Below are positions 9,901-22,400 of a stretch of DNA of 41,368 nucleotides, piece by piece (position 1 is the stretch's first letter; the number at the start of each line of letters is the position of its first letter). The position numbers were made by a program, and so were the translations under genes. The notes beneath the pieces are model-generated. The model was given only the letters and a program-made list of their open reading frames with translations, was not told where the DNA came from and did no database searches. Origin of the DNA: a virus. Its lineage: Duplodnaviria; Caudoviricetes. The stretch lies in IMG/VR virus record IMGVR_UViG_3300031519_000062, positions 1 to 41,368 of that record; one strand, 5' to 3'.

Positions 9901-10413
9901 TCGGACGAGGTAATTTATCATCCAGTTAAGTACAAAGTACTGTTTGGTACTGAAGCAACCGACGACTTAAAAGCATTGTTTAAAATAGTTAAAAATCCTG
10001 ACAGAGTAGTAAATGAGAACGAATTAAAAGCAAATGTAATTGCAGCAATGAATCAATATTTTGCAATAGAAAATTGGGAGTTTGGTGATACATTCTTCTT
10101 TACAGAACTAAGTGCATATGTTATGACACAATTGTCGCCAGATCTAGCAGCAATGGTAATTGTACCAACACAAGAAACATTATCGTTTGGTAGTATGTTT
10201 GAAGTAAGAAGTGAAGCCGACGAAGTGTTTATTAGTTCAGCAACAGTAGCAAACATTGAAGTTGTATCATCGCTTACAGCGACTAATTTAAAAGCAACAG
10301 GAGCATTGTACGCCGACGCTACAGCAGTACAAGGCGTTGCTAGTGCAAGCAATATAATATCGAGCAGTAGCTCATCGAGCAGTAGCTCATCATATGGAGG
10401 TTCAAGTTACTAA
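6901..10413 (+). CDS. gp6: Baseplate wedge protein gp6-like (extended)
   Basis: 1170 aa with DFDNLRR..ISYL, ENFLELAERRESVLRLARLLSYNPKR, IFADGTFGELP and ESNDEIKANAP..YTQNRMITGEDY (gp6/BaseplateJ hallmarks). Confidence 0.88.
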   Translation: MSTTDRQNRLLLAEDWKRVYQSFRNADFQSFDFDNLRRTMISYLRENYPEDFNDYVESSEYLALIDLIAFLGQNISFRIDLNARENFLELAERRESVLRLARLLSYNPKRNQAANGLLKFETVSTTEELYDSNGTNLSGQTVLWNDISNQDWYEQFIKVLNSALPANGVVGRPNKKDTVNGISAEQYRVNGINTDVPVFGFTKSVDGKSTQFEIVSTDIDDGAISEEAPLPGSNFAFLYRDDGQGAGSSNTGFFAHFRQGRLDQGDFNISKPSSNQVVAIDAVNVNNSDTWLYKLDSIGNESELWTKVDAVEGNNIVYNSLSKNIRNIYSVLTRVDDRISLIFADGTFGELPKGNFKVYYRVSDNRRFVITPQEMINITISIPYQSKTGSSEKLTIGLELKYNIDNATNSESNDEIKANAPATYYTQNRMITGEDYQVAPLAISQEIIKVKSVNRTSSGISRYYDLLDATGKYSQTNLYGKDGIIYNQTLTSKEQFTFSTKTDIEGVIKTQIEKILKNYKVKNFYYSQFAKILVGDLGARWNQVTKATNITTGYFTDTDQSKLSTGSFTASTLQYLEPGAMLKFEAPAGYHFMPNGTIMAGAATHPGATTYKWTKVVSVSGPGITNTTDGQGPIILNDIIPGPLNGDLSTAPLLTEIKPLFTTEIETQIQTQIIDQVFTYKTFGLRYDFQTNTWRVILASDLAMRSPFSTGKTGDLSSQNLDASWVLLFETDGETYTITYRGQRYVFESDKEIRFYYDSSDKVYDPLTNQIVKDKISLMSINTTPDASGYGLSPFTVPFNWEVVAEYRDNEGYVDSKKIEVGFFDSDDDGVVDDPEIFDKFITENSTKKYIFLKQYTTTDNVDDFRYVDQLTENIQVVANEAEVTSNGVGSYPDNSVFYQIDKNIFKVYNTVTEKLELTIVYRAYQGRDKIIFQYEHAADESSRIDPSSSNIMDVYMLTKQYDTLYRQYLQGAIATKPLAPSSDSLFVNYGQEINKIKSISDEVIYHPVKYKVLFGTEATDDLKALFKIVKNPDRVVNENELKANVIAAMNQYFAIENWEFGDTFFFTELSAYVMTQLSPDLAAMVIVPTQETLSFGSMFEVRSEADEVFISSATVANIEVVSSLTATNLKATGALYADATAVQGVASASNIISSSSSSSSSSSYGGSSY
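10359..10391 (+). repeat. 15-bp tandem repeat encoding the poly-Ser tail of gp6
   Basis: ATCGAGCAGTAGCTC x2 plus ATC. Confidence 0.8.
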
Positions 10414-13400
10414 TGGCATACGAAAACGATCAGAATGAATATCCTTTGCCAGCAGACGGTGATAATAATCGCAAAAGCGAATCATTACTTCCGAGATATT
10501 TTAGAACAGAAACAAATAAAAAGTTTTTACAAGCAACTCTTGATCAACTTACGCAACCAGGCGTAGCTGAAAAGTTAAACGGATACTACGGAAGACAAAT
10601 ATCAAAAGCATATAAAGCTAGTGATAATTATGTTGGCGATGTATCGACACAGCGAGAAAACAACCAATTTGAACCAGCTACTTTAATTAAAGATAATTTA
10701 GATAATGTGACTTTTTATAAAGATTACAACGATTATCTAAATCAAATTAAGAGCTTTGGTGGCAACGCAGACAATCAAGACACATTAAATGCACAAGAAT
10801 ATTACGCTTGGAACCCAAATATTGATTGGGACAAAATTTCAAACTTCCGTGAATATTATTGGTTACCTTATGGCCCGCAAACTGTTAGAATTGCAGGACA
10901 AGAGAGAGGCGTTGAAAGTACTATAGCAGTATCTTTAATTAATAATGTTGATAATAGTACATATAGTTTTAGTACAGACGAATTAGTAAACAATCCCACA
11001 TTAATATTATATAAAGGACAAACATATACTTTTGATATTGATGCTACAGGTACACCTCTTACTATTAAAACAAAGAGAACACTCGAATCAAGTTTTAATT
11101 ACGATGACGGAGTAAGTGCTCAAGGAGTCGAAAAAGGAACAATAACATTTACTGTTAGTAACTCAACTCCCGAAGTGTTATACTATGTTGCTGAAAACGA
11201 TATTAATAATACTGGTCTAATACAAATTAAAGATATTGAAGAAAATACAGTTATTGATGTTGAAAAAGAAATCATCGGAAAGACATCATATAAATCTTCA
11301 AAAGGTGTTGAACTATCAAATGGTATGAAAATAAACTTTGCAGGGTTTGTAAGTCCTGTAGAATATGATCAAGGTGACTGGTATGTTGAAGGTGTTGGAT
11401 CTTCTATTAAACTAATTAAAGAATCTAGTTTAGAAATTCCAGGTGCTTATACAGATAATAAAGAAGTACCTTTTGATATAAATGCGTTTGACAGATTACC
11501 TTTTGCAAATGCAAATGGCTATCCTACTGCAAAGGATTATATTGTAATTAACCGCGGTAGTTTAGATAAGAATATGTGGACTAGATATAACAGATGGTTC
11601 CACAAAGATGTTATTGAAAAATCTGCACTAGCAAATGGACAAACTATAAGTGTAGATCAAACTGCAAGAGCAACTAGACCAATTATTGAATTTAATGCAG
11701 GTTTAAAATTATTTAATTTTGGAACTAAGAATAAACAAAATGTAGATTTAATAGACACCTTTACAAAAGATATTTTCTCAATAATTGAAGGCTCGTTGGG
11801 TTATAATATTGACGGAATTGATCTTGTAGACGGTATGCGAGTATTGTTTACTGCTGAAGAAGATATACGAGAATCAGGCAAGATTTTTAAAATTAAATTT
11901 ATTCTGCACAAAGGTCGCAGGCAGATCAGTCTTGTAGAAGAAACCGATACTATTCCGCTTGAAAACGAAACGGTGTTGTCACTCCAGGGCAAACTATATC
12001 AAGGAAAGATGTTTTATTATAATGGAACATCTTGGAACTTAACACAAGAAAAAACACAAGTTAACCAGCCACCGCAATTTGATTTATTTGATAATAGCGG
12101 AAATAGTTATGCTGATACAACACTATATCCTAATTCTACGTTTACTGGTACTAAGCTCTTTTCTTATAAATTGGGATCAGGAGTAATTGATACCGAACTA
12201 GGATTTGCGCTTTCATACAGAAGTATTCAAAATATTGGAGATTTAGTATTTAATTTTAATTTATTATTAGATTCTTTTACATATACTGATACTAGTTTAG
12301 CAACAGTAATACAGCGCACTGACGTTTGTGTTTTACAAAAATATACTGACAGAACTGTATTTCAACCAGTTAATGGATGGGTTAAAGCAAGTACTGAAAG
12401 CACACAGCGTGTGTTACGTCAATATGTTGCAAGTGCAAATCAAACTGATTTTGCAGTAGATATGTACAATAACAGTAGTAGTCTTGCTGATGTAAATATT
12501 CGTGTTACTGTAAACAATTCACTTAAATTTGCTGGTACAGATTTTGAAATTATTGTTGTAGGAACGAATAAGGTTGTAAGATTTAATAAAGCATTAACTG
12601 ATAATGATATCGTTGTTTTAAGAACACGATCAGATGCTGTAAAAAACAACAACGGTGTATATGAAGTTGCTGGAAATCTTGAGCGCAATCCGTTAAACAA
12701 TGATATAACGACATTCACATTAGGCGAAGTTAACGAACACGTATCAACAATTGTACAAGAAACAGATAACTTTTTTGGAAGCTATCCCGGAACAGGCAAT
12801 TTAAGAGATTTGCCTAATCTATCACAGCAAGGCAGAAAATTCCTACAGCATAGTGGACCGACCAATTTAGCATTATACCATCTTACTGATAAAAGTGCAA
12901 ATATTATTAAATCACTTGATTTTGCTAGAAGAGAATATGCAAAGTTTAAAAGATTGTTCTTACAAACATCCTTTGGGTTGGGATTTGACGGCACACCGCG
13001 AGCACACGTTGATTTAATTTTTAAAGAATTAAATAAAAATAAAACAAGTAACCTGCCATTTTATTTTAGTGATATGGCTGCCACAGGAGCATCACGTGAA
13101 CTAAATTACGATGCAATTCCGGGAAATATCTATTATGCACTTACTGCTGCATTTGACATAACAACGCCGGGTATATCAGCAGTTAACGTATATTTAAATG
13201 ACATTCAGTTAGTTTACGGAAATGATTATACTTTTAATACAGACGGTTTCTGTGAAATTACTTCTACATTAGTAGCTGGCGATAAAATTAAAATATTAGA
13301 ATACGAATCAACTGATGGGTCGTATGTTCCACCAACGCCGACTAAGTTGGGATTGTATCCAAAATATGAACCAATTAAATTTGTTGATAACACATATGAA

Positions 13401-16400
13401 ACTTCGGTCTCTGTAATACAAGGACACGATGGATCTATTATAGCAGCATATGATGACTATAGAGATGATCTAATATTAGAACTTGAAAAAAGAATATACA
13501 ATAATATAAAAGTTTCTTATGATGCAACATTAATTGACATTCATAGTTTTGTTCCAGGTGCTAATCGAAATACTAAAGTATCATTTGACTCTATTAACAA
13601 TACAATGTTAAAAGATTTTGCTTCCTGGCTTAATACTGTTGGTGATGTAGATTATACAGATTTTAGTTTTTATACTACTGGTAATAAATTTTCTTATAAC
13701 TACGGATCAATGACGTCTCCGACAGGAGCTAAACTTCCTGGCTATTGGAGAGCAATATATAAACAAGCATTTGACACTGATCGTCCTCATACACATCCTT
13801 GGGAAATGTTAGGGTTTACAATTAAACCAACTTGGTGGGAAGCACAATACGGACCTGCTCCGTATACAAGCAATAACGATATTATGTGGCTTGATCTAGA
13901 AAAAGGCATAATTAATGAGCCTAACAAAGTTAGTTTAATAAAATCTAAATATGTTAGACCAAATTTAACTAGCTATTTGCCAGTTGATGCACAAGGTAAT
14001 TTATTAAGTCCATTAGAAAGCGGATATGCTAAAGATTTTGTAAGTTCTCTTACTAGAAAGACATTTGTATTTGGTGACGAAGCACCAGTTGAATCTGCCT
14101 GGAGGAAAAGTTCAGAATATCCGTTCTCACTATTTAAATCTTGGATACTTAATCAACCTTCAAAAATTATCGGTCTAGGATTTGATAGACTGCGGGTAGT
14201 TAGAAATAGCACAGACCAATTAGTTTATTCAGAAACCAATAAGCGTATTCGTTTGCAAGATTTAATTTTTCCAAATAATTCAACAGAACAAACTGCTGAT
14301 CGAGTTTATAGTGCAGGATTTATAAACTTTATATCAAATTACCTTGCAAGTAATGTTTTAGTTAACTATACAAATTATCAAACTAATGTACGTAGTATAA
14401 CTAATCAAATGGCATTTAAGGTAGGCGGCTTTTCTGATAAATCTAAATTTAAATTAATTCTTGATAGTAGAACACCTTTAAATGAAGGCAACGTTTTTGT
14501 ACCTGAAGAAAACTATAATATTTCCCTGCAAACAAGTAGTCCGATAGAAGTTGTTACTTATAGTGGCGTTGTTATTGAAAAAACAACATCCGGGTATATT
14601 CTTAGAGGGTACGATGTATCTAATCCGGCATTTAAATACTATGATTATGTATCAAGTGAAAAAGATCCAGTGGTGGCAGTTGGCGGCATAAGTGAAGCAT
14701 TTGTGCAATGGACTGCACGTAATCGATATATTGAAGGTACAGTAGTAGAAAACAATAACCTATATTATAGAACAATACAAACTCATCAAAGTACAGAAAC
14801 CTTTGATGGTACAAAGTTTGCCAAATTACCAGCAGTGCCAGTAACTGGCGGGCGTAGTGCAATATTTAGATCAAGATTTGATAAAAACTTTGTACAACAA
14901 TTAGCGTATGGAACTTTATTGCGTACTAGTCAAGAAGTCGTTGACTTCTTACTTGGATACGGCGAACACTTAGAAGATCAAGGATTTCAATTTTCTAACT
15001 TTAACCCTAATTTAGAAACTATTGAAAACTGGAAATTAAGTTCTAGAGAATATTTGTTCTGGACATTGCAAAATTGGGATAAAGGTTCTTTACTTACAGT
15101 TAGTCCGTCGGCACAGCGTATTGAATTTAAACGTTCTGATGCAGTAGTTGATGATGTATTTGATACATTTTATGATTACGGTCTTGTAAAAGCAGATGGA
15201 ACAAAATTAAAATCAGAATTCTGTAATATATTAAGAACTAATGATAACGAATTTATATTCACAGTTAAAAACACAGCAGACGGTATATATGCAATTAAAC
15301 TACCATTAGTTCAAAAAGAACACGTTGTAATCTTAGATAATGAAACTGCATTTAAAGATACTATATATGATCCTGAACCTGGATACCGTCAAGAACGTAT
15401 TCGTGTATTAGGGTATAGAACAGCAGACTGGAAAGGTGGATTAAATATACCTGGATTTATTTATGATGATGCAACTGTAACAGAATGGACACCTTGGAAA
15501 GATTATTCAATTGGTAATGTAGTAAAATATAAAGAGTTTTACTACACTGCAACTACAAAAATAAACGGCGTAGAAAATTTTGTTTCTAAAGATTGGTACA
15601 GATTAAACGAAAAACCAACACCGGGTCTACTTACCAACCTTGAATATAAAACAAATCAATTTGCAGATTTTTATGACCTAGACACAGATAACTTTGATAC
15701 AGCTCAACAAGAAATTGCACAGCACTTAATTGGTTATCAGAAGCGCGAATACCTAGCAAACATTATTAATGATGATGTAAGTCAGTATAAATTCTATCAA
15801 GGAATGATTGCAGACAAGGGAACTAAAAATGCACTAACTAAATTGTTTGATGCACTTGGCGCAGCAGACAAAGAAAGTTTAGAGTTTTATGAAGAGTGGG
15901 CAGTAAGAACAGGCCAGTATGGCGCTGCTGACGGCTTTGACGAACTTGAATTTTTATTAGATGAGGACCAATTTAGATTAAGTCCACAGCCAATTTTATT
16001 AACAAACTCAATACCCAACGATGTTAGTGATTTAGTTTATAGACAATTACCAACCGATGTATATGTTGCTCCTAATGGATATAATCATAAACCGTTTCCG
16101 GCTGCGTTTGTAAAAGACACTCCGATTAAAACTGCTGGGTATGTCCGAGCAGATGATGTTAATTACATTGTAACTAATAAAGACGACATATTAGAGTTAG
16201 ACATTAACACGTTTGATAGAGACCAGTATGTTTGGGTAACATTTGAAGGCCAAGAATGGAATGTATACAAACATATTGATACAACTTTTACTGTAACTTC
16301 TTTACTTCCTGATGGTGATAATTGTGTTCTTGTACTTAACAAAATAAGTAATTTTGTTGAAGGTGATTTTATAGGAATACAAAATGTTACAGATCTAAGT

Positions 16401-19400
16401 GGATTTTTTAAAGTTATAAGTAGCTCTATAAATAGAGTTACAGTTGCTTTAGGCGACAGCGTAGTTACTAGTGACATTACTGGTGTTGCTGGACTTATTT
16501 CAACCCTTAAATCAAATCGAGTAGCTAAATTAGAAGATGCAAACAAATATGCAGAAGATGATATTTCTACTGGTGAAAAAATATGGGTAGATAGTATCGA
16601 TGATGCTGGTAGATGGAATGTATTACAAGCGTCGACATCATATAATTTAGATGAAGATATTATTAATCCAACAGAATCAAATACTAGCTTTGGCCAGGCA
16701 ATTGCAGCAGATGATACTAATACGTTTATTGCAGTAGGTTCTCCTGAAGAGAGCGACGGTAAAGTACACATTTACAAACGTGAAGATGACGGCAGTACAG
16801 TATATGGTACATTACAACCACATCAAGTATTAGAACCAATTGCAAATTTTGATAATGGTGCTAGTAAATTTGGCCAAAGTGTTACAATGTCTCCGGACAG
16901 TAAATATATTGTTGTAGGAGCACCAGAAGCTACTTATGTTAAGAGTGCATTTAAAGACAACTTTAGTTTTAGTTCTAATTATAAATTAGGTGCTATTGTC
17001 CAACACAATGGCAGTTTATATAAGTCAAGACGCAGTGTGCCAGGAAGAACTGATAATGTAGTATTTGGAACGTTTGATAGTGCAAGTCGCTGGCGTTCGG
17101 AACTATATAAAGTTCATTCTAATTACACTGACTTTCCTATACTAGCAGCGGGTGATTTGCCATTAGCAACTTCAACAGATCATATTTTAGTAAGAGCTCC
17201 GGCAACTGCATTTGAAGGCAGTAATGTTGGTGATAGAGTTTATTTTGATTGGAATGATATTTCTAACGCATATGATCCTAATTCAGAAGTTGAAATTAGC
17301 GGCATTTTAATGGCAACGCCAATTAAATTAACTACTAGTACAGACCACGGCTTAAAAAACAGTGACGAAATTATTATTACTGATGTCCCTAATGATAACA
17401 TTGTATTACCTAACACAGGTCAATTTGATAACAGTAATGTAGATGTACCGTTTGACACTATAGAACAGCAAGGTGTTAAAGGTCTAGAAAATAGAAGATA
17501 CTTTGTTAAAGTTATTACAGTTCAGCAGGTTGAACTATACACAGACGCTGCCTTTACAACACGAGTAAATGCAAACATAGGATTTTCTGGAACACCAATC
17601 GGCGCCGCAGCATCAAACCTAAACCAAGGTGATGGTACAATTCAAGGTAAGATAAGAAAAATTAAAAAGCCACTTGAAGGTATTACTGAACCTGGCATAC
17701 CTTGGAAAACTTTCTTAACAGCTGATGTACATACTATTAGAAGAAAAGTTACAGATGTATTTTATGTACTTGATCCAGTAAACGTACCTAACATTCCGGT
17801 TGAAATAACTTTAGCTAGTAGTTTACCAGTAAATGTTAGTGTTGGCGATGTTATTGGGCAAGAAAATAATACCGTAACAGGAACAATTAAAAAAATAACC
17901 GGAAGTGTTATACAAGTTATTAACGTATCTGGAATATTTAAAACTGGCACCGATAGCGGCGAAAATATAACATACACTAGTGAAGAATATGTAGTTGTTG
18001 CAAGTAACACTATTCCGAGTAATATTAATATATTAGTTGAACAGGGTGTTAGAGTTACAACGGCTACTGGTAATGCTACAGTAGCGTATGTAAGAAACGA
18101 GTTAGGTAAACTTGTAATTTATGCAAATGACAAAAACGGTGTATTCAGTAGCACTGGAGAATTGTTTATTAACGATCAGTTTAGAATTGGTAATTATACT
18201 CGACCATTGCACGATAATATTGATAGAAGCAGTGTACTTGGCGGATATTGGGAAATTGCACTTCCGCAATCAATAACCACAATCAATAACTTTACTGACA
18301 CAGGATATGGATTAGTTATTCGAGATGTAAAAAATAGTTATAATGCTAATAATTATTCAGCACCAGATGCAACCCATACTGAAAGTACAGCATTGCTACC
18401 GTATAAAAGTAGTTTACAAAATGCTTTAGATAATCCGACTCAAATACTTGTAAACATTGACCAACCCTTCCAGAAAGAAGTTGATTTAATACGTGTACTA
18501 AGTCATAAAAGTCAAGGCGTTGCAGGCGGAGTTACTGAAGTTGATATACTTGATGCACGATATGTTGTTAGGTTGCCAAAGGAAGTATCCGATAAAGCAT
18601 CATCGGCATTTGCAGCAGCCGGCAAACCAGATCCGTATGTTGGAATATATCTAAATGATATTCCAAACGCAGATGGTACTAGTCCTGATTTAACATCTAA
18701 GGGATTTGGAAGTAATACATTTACTATTATAAACAAAACACAAGTCCCTACAGACTTATGGGACGGATACATTGATTATGATGTGTTTGCACTAAATCTA
18801 GATTTAGAAGTTGGCGACATTGTTCGTGAAGGACAAACAGGTGCAACGGCAGAAGTAGTATACTATCAAAGAGATTTAGACAAAGTAAGAATATATGTTA
18901 AAAATACATCAGGACAATTTAGCTTTGGTTCTCGTTACATAACAGGTGTAGCACCGCAGTCGTCTTGGTTGTATAAACAAGTTGGATCAAACTTAACAAG
19001 AGTCGGTACTACTGAATCTAGACAGCTTACAGACGACACTATTGGTAAACTAGCAGTGTTTACACATAGTTCAACTTTAGAAATACCACCTACACTAACA
19101 TATGCAGTTAGTAGCCAAACTGATGAAATTGCTGATTATGAAGTTGAGTACATTACAGGAGTTGAGTATCAAACTTGGATAGAAGAATTTAAACCAGGCC
19201 TACCACGAAATACTCTTGCACCAAGTACTGAAAACAATGACTGGGCTGAAACAAATAATATACCAATTAATGTTGGCAGAGATGCAAGTACTGTTGTTAG
19301 AGAAGGAGCATACTTTGTTTATTCTTACAATGCCGAGACTGACAATTATGATTTAGTTAATGGTTATATTTTACCTAATAGAGAAACTAATAGATATTTA

Positions 19401-22400
19401 GGTAAGCATTTAAAATTAATTAATAAAGATAGTTTTTATAAATTAGCAATTAATAGTAATGAAAGCCATATAAACGATGACAGAGCCGAAGCAGGCTCTG
19501 GTAATGGCAGAATATACTTTGTTATTAATGGTCAAGATGAGTTTGGAACTTATACTTGGGAGCAAGGAAAGAATAAAAACTTTAAAGGAATTTATAGTAA
19601 TGCAGAATCTTATTATACAGATCAGATTGTAATATATCAAGATTCTTTTTATAAGGCATTAACTAATCTAGGTGATGAAGAATTTAATAATACAAAATGG
19701 CAGTTGCTTAGTGACCACGCTGACTTTGTAGGATATCTGCCTAATACTTCTGGATTTGTATTTCCAGGAGAAGATTCTAGTATAATTGATCTAGACACAG
19801 ACAATTTTGGTAGAGTGTTTGATATAAGTGATAATGGCAGCATACTTGCAACTATTGCAGAATACTCAACTGGAAATAAATTAGTAATTTATAGACTAAA
19901 AGACTCCCACTTTGAATATGTTGCAGAGTTTAATGCTCCAGCAGCAAGCAATGGATTTGGAACTGACATTGCAGTTTCAGACAACGGTAACTTAGTTGTT
20001 GTTAGTGCGCCAACAGCAGATACAGACAAAACTGATCAAGGAAAAATATTTGTATATAAAAATATAAACGGAGTGTTTGGGTTATTCCAGACGCTTAACA
20101 GCCCAAACAACGAACTATCTGAAGGATTTGGTATTAAATTAGGGTTCGACGGAAATCAGTTAGTTGTTACAGGAGCGTCAAGTGACATAATACTAGACAC
20201 TACATTTGACAGATATTTGAATAGAGATCCAGAATCAGAAAGTAAGTTTGGAAGCCAATATGTTAATGATCCCCAAGGACCGTTGACAGTTGGAGACACT
20301 ACATTTGACTCAGGGTTTACAACATATGCAAGACGTTTAGAAAATAGCGGCATTGTATACATATATGAAAATATTAGTGATTCTTTAATATTCGGACAGC
20401 GACTAAAGTACAATAACTTTGATGTACAGAATTTTGGTAGAAACATCCTTGTTAAAAATGATACAATTATGGTAGGCTTACCAAATCTTAATGTTACTGA
20501 TGCACTTTCAGGCAAAGTTGCAGTATATATTAAAGACGCTGATAGTAGTATTTGGAGTGTATTAAGGAAGCCGGTTGATCCAATAACTGTAGATAAGTTT
20601 AGAGGCTCGTTTATCTATGATACTAAAGAAAATCAAATGCTTTCAAGACTGGATATAATTGATCCAATACAAGGAAAAATATCAGGCCTTGCAGAACAAG
20701 AAATAAGTTATAAGACTTACTACGATCCTGCAAGCTATAACATAGGAAATGCAACACCTAAAGAAGCATTTACAGCGTGGAATAATCTTAATACAGGAAA
20801 ATTATGGTGGGACCTAAGTACTGTTAAATTTATTGATTATAGACAAGGCGAAGTAACTTATGCACAGAATATATGGAATACTCTAGCACAAGGTGCAACG
20901 GTTGACGTTTATGAATGGGTAGAATCAAGAATACTACCGTCACAGTGGGATATTCAGTCAGCTACTAATCAAGGCGCCGTTAGAGGGTATACCGGAACAA
21001 CAAAATACGGCGATACAAAATACGCAGAACAAGATGTGTATGATAGTATTGCACAAACCTTTAGCAAACGTTATTATTTCTGGGTTAAGGATACAAAAAT
21101 TGTACCCAATGTTGAAAATAGAATTAGATCAGGATTTACCATAGCAAACATTATACGTGATCCGTCAGGACAACAATTAAAGTTTGTAAATATTTTAGGT
21201 GATGACAGATTTATTCTTTATAATTGTAATACTCTTCTTAAAAACAAAGACGTTGCAATAAACTTTAGATATTGGACAATTGATAACCAAGATAATAATA
21301 TTCATACAGAATATCAAATTATTACAGACGGTCTAGAAACAAGTCGTCCTAAATCGACTATTGAAGATAAATGGATTGACAGTTTAGTTGGACAAGACAA
21401 ATATCATAGAGCAGTACCAGATCCTACATTAAGTGTAAAACAAAAGTATGGTAATTTAAACAGACCAAGACAGGGGTGGTTTGTTAACCGCACTGAGGCA
21501 TTAAAAGAAGTTGTAGAAAGAGTTAACAGGGTTTTATCTGAACAACTTGCTATTGATAATTTTAATCTTCTAAATTTATCAGATAAGGATCCAGTACCTT
21601 CAGTATTGTCCGGACTGTATGACGCTGCTATTGATACCGACGAAGAATTACGTTTAGTTGGTACAGTGAGAGCTACTGTTGCACAGCTTGAACCAGTAAT
21701 TGTTGACGGCACAATAACAAAAATTAATATAGTAACAGCAGGACGAGGATATAGAAATCCTCCAAAAATTACTATTGCCGGAACAGGCGAAGACTTAGAA
21801 TTACAAGTTGTTTTAAACAACATAGGAGCAATATCTAGCGTTGTTATTCTTAATGGTGGCACTAACTACAAAGACACCCTAACCCTTACTGTAAGACCGC
21901 TTAGTGCGCTTGTACGGGCCGATAATACACTAGCAGGCAACTGGGCAATATATGCTTGGGATAGTGTTTCTCGTACTTGGAATATTTCAAAACAGCAGTA
22001 TTATGATGTATCAGATTACTGGGAATATAAAGACTGGTATGCAACAGGATACAGTGATTTAACATCTTATGAGTATTTAATTGACGATTATTACCAGTTA
22101 AATATCATCAATGATGCCCTTGGAGATATTGTAAAAATATCTAACGTTGGTAGCGGCGGCTGGATATTATTAGAAAAAATTATTAATGTTGACACACCGG
22201 ATTATACCACTGGGTACAAAACTATTGGTAGAGAAAACGGCACAATTAAATTTTTAGATAAAATTTATACTGAAGACGGTGGTAAAACTGAAATACGTAA
22301 AATTTTACAAACTATTAAAAATGACTTATTTGTAGGTTCTCTTGCAAATGAATATAATCAATTATTCTTTGCAAGTCTACGATATGTATTCTCAGAACAG

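Noticed and set aside
206-10413. Bacterial eCIS/T6SS/tailocin locus
   Set aside because: T4-type late promoters, a gp55-like gene, dense phage-type hypotheticals and the absence of bacterial housekeeping or Tss genes favour a phage genome.
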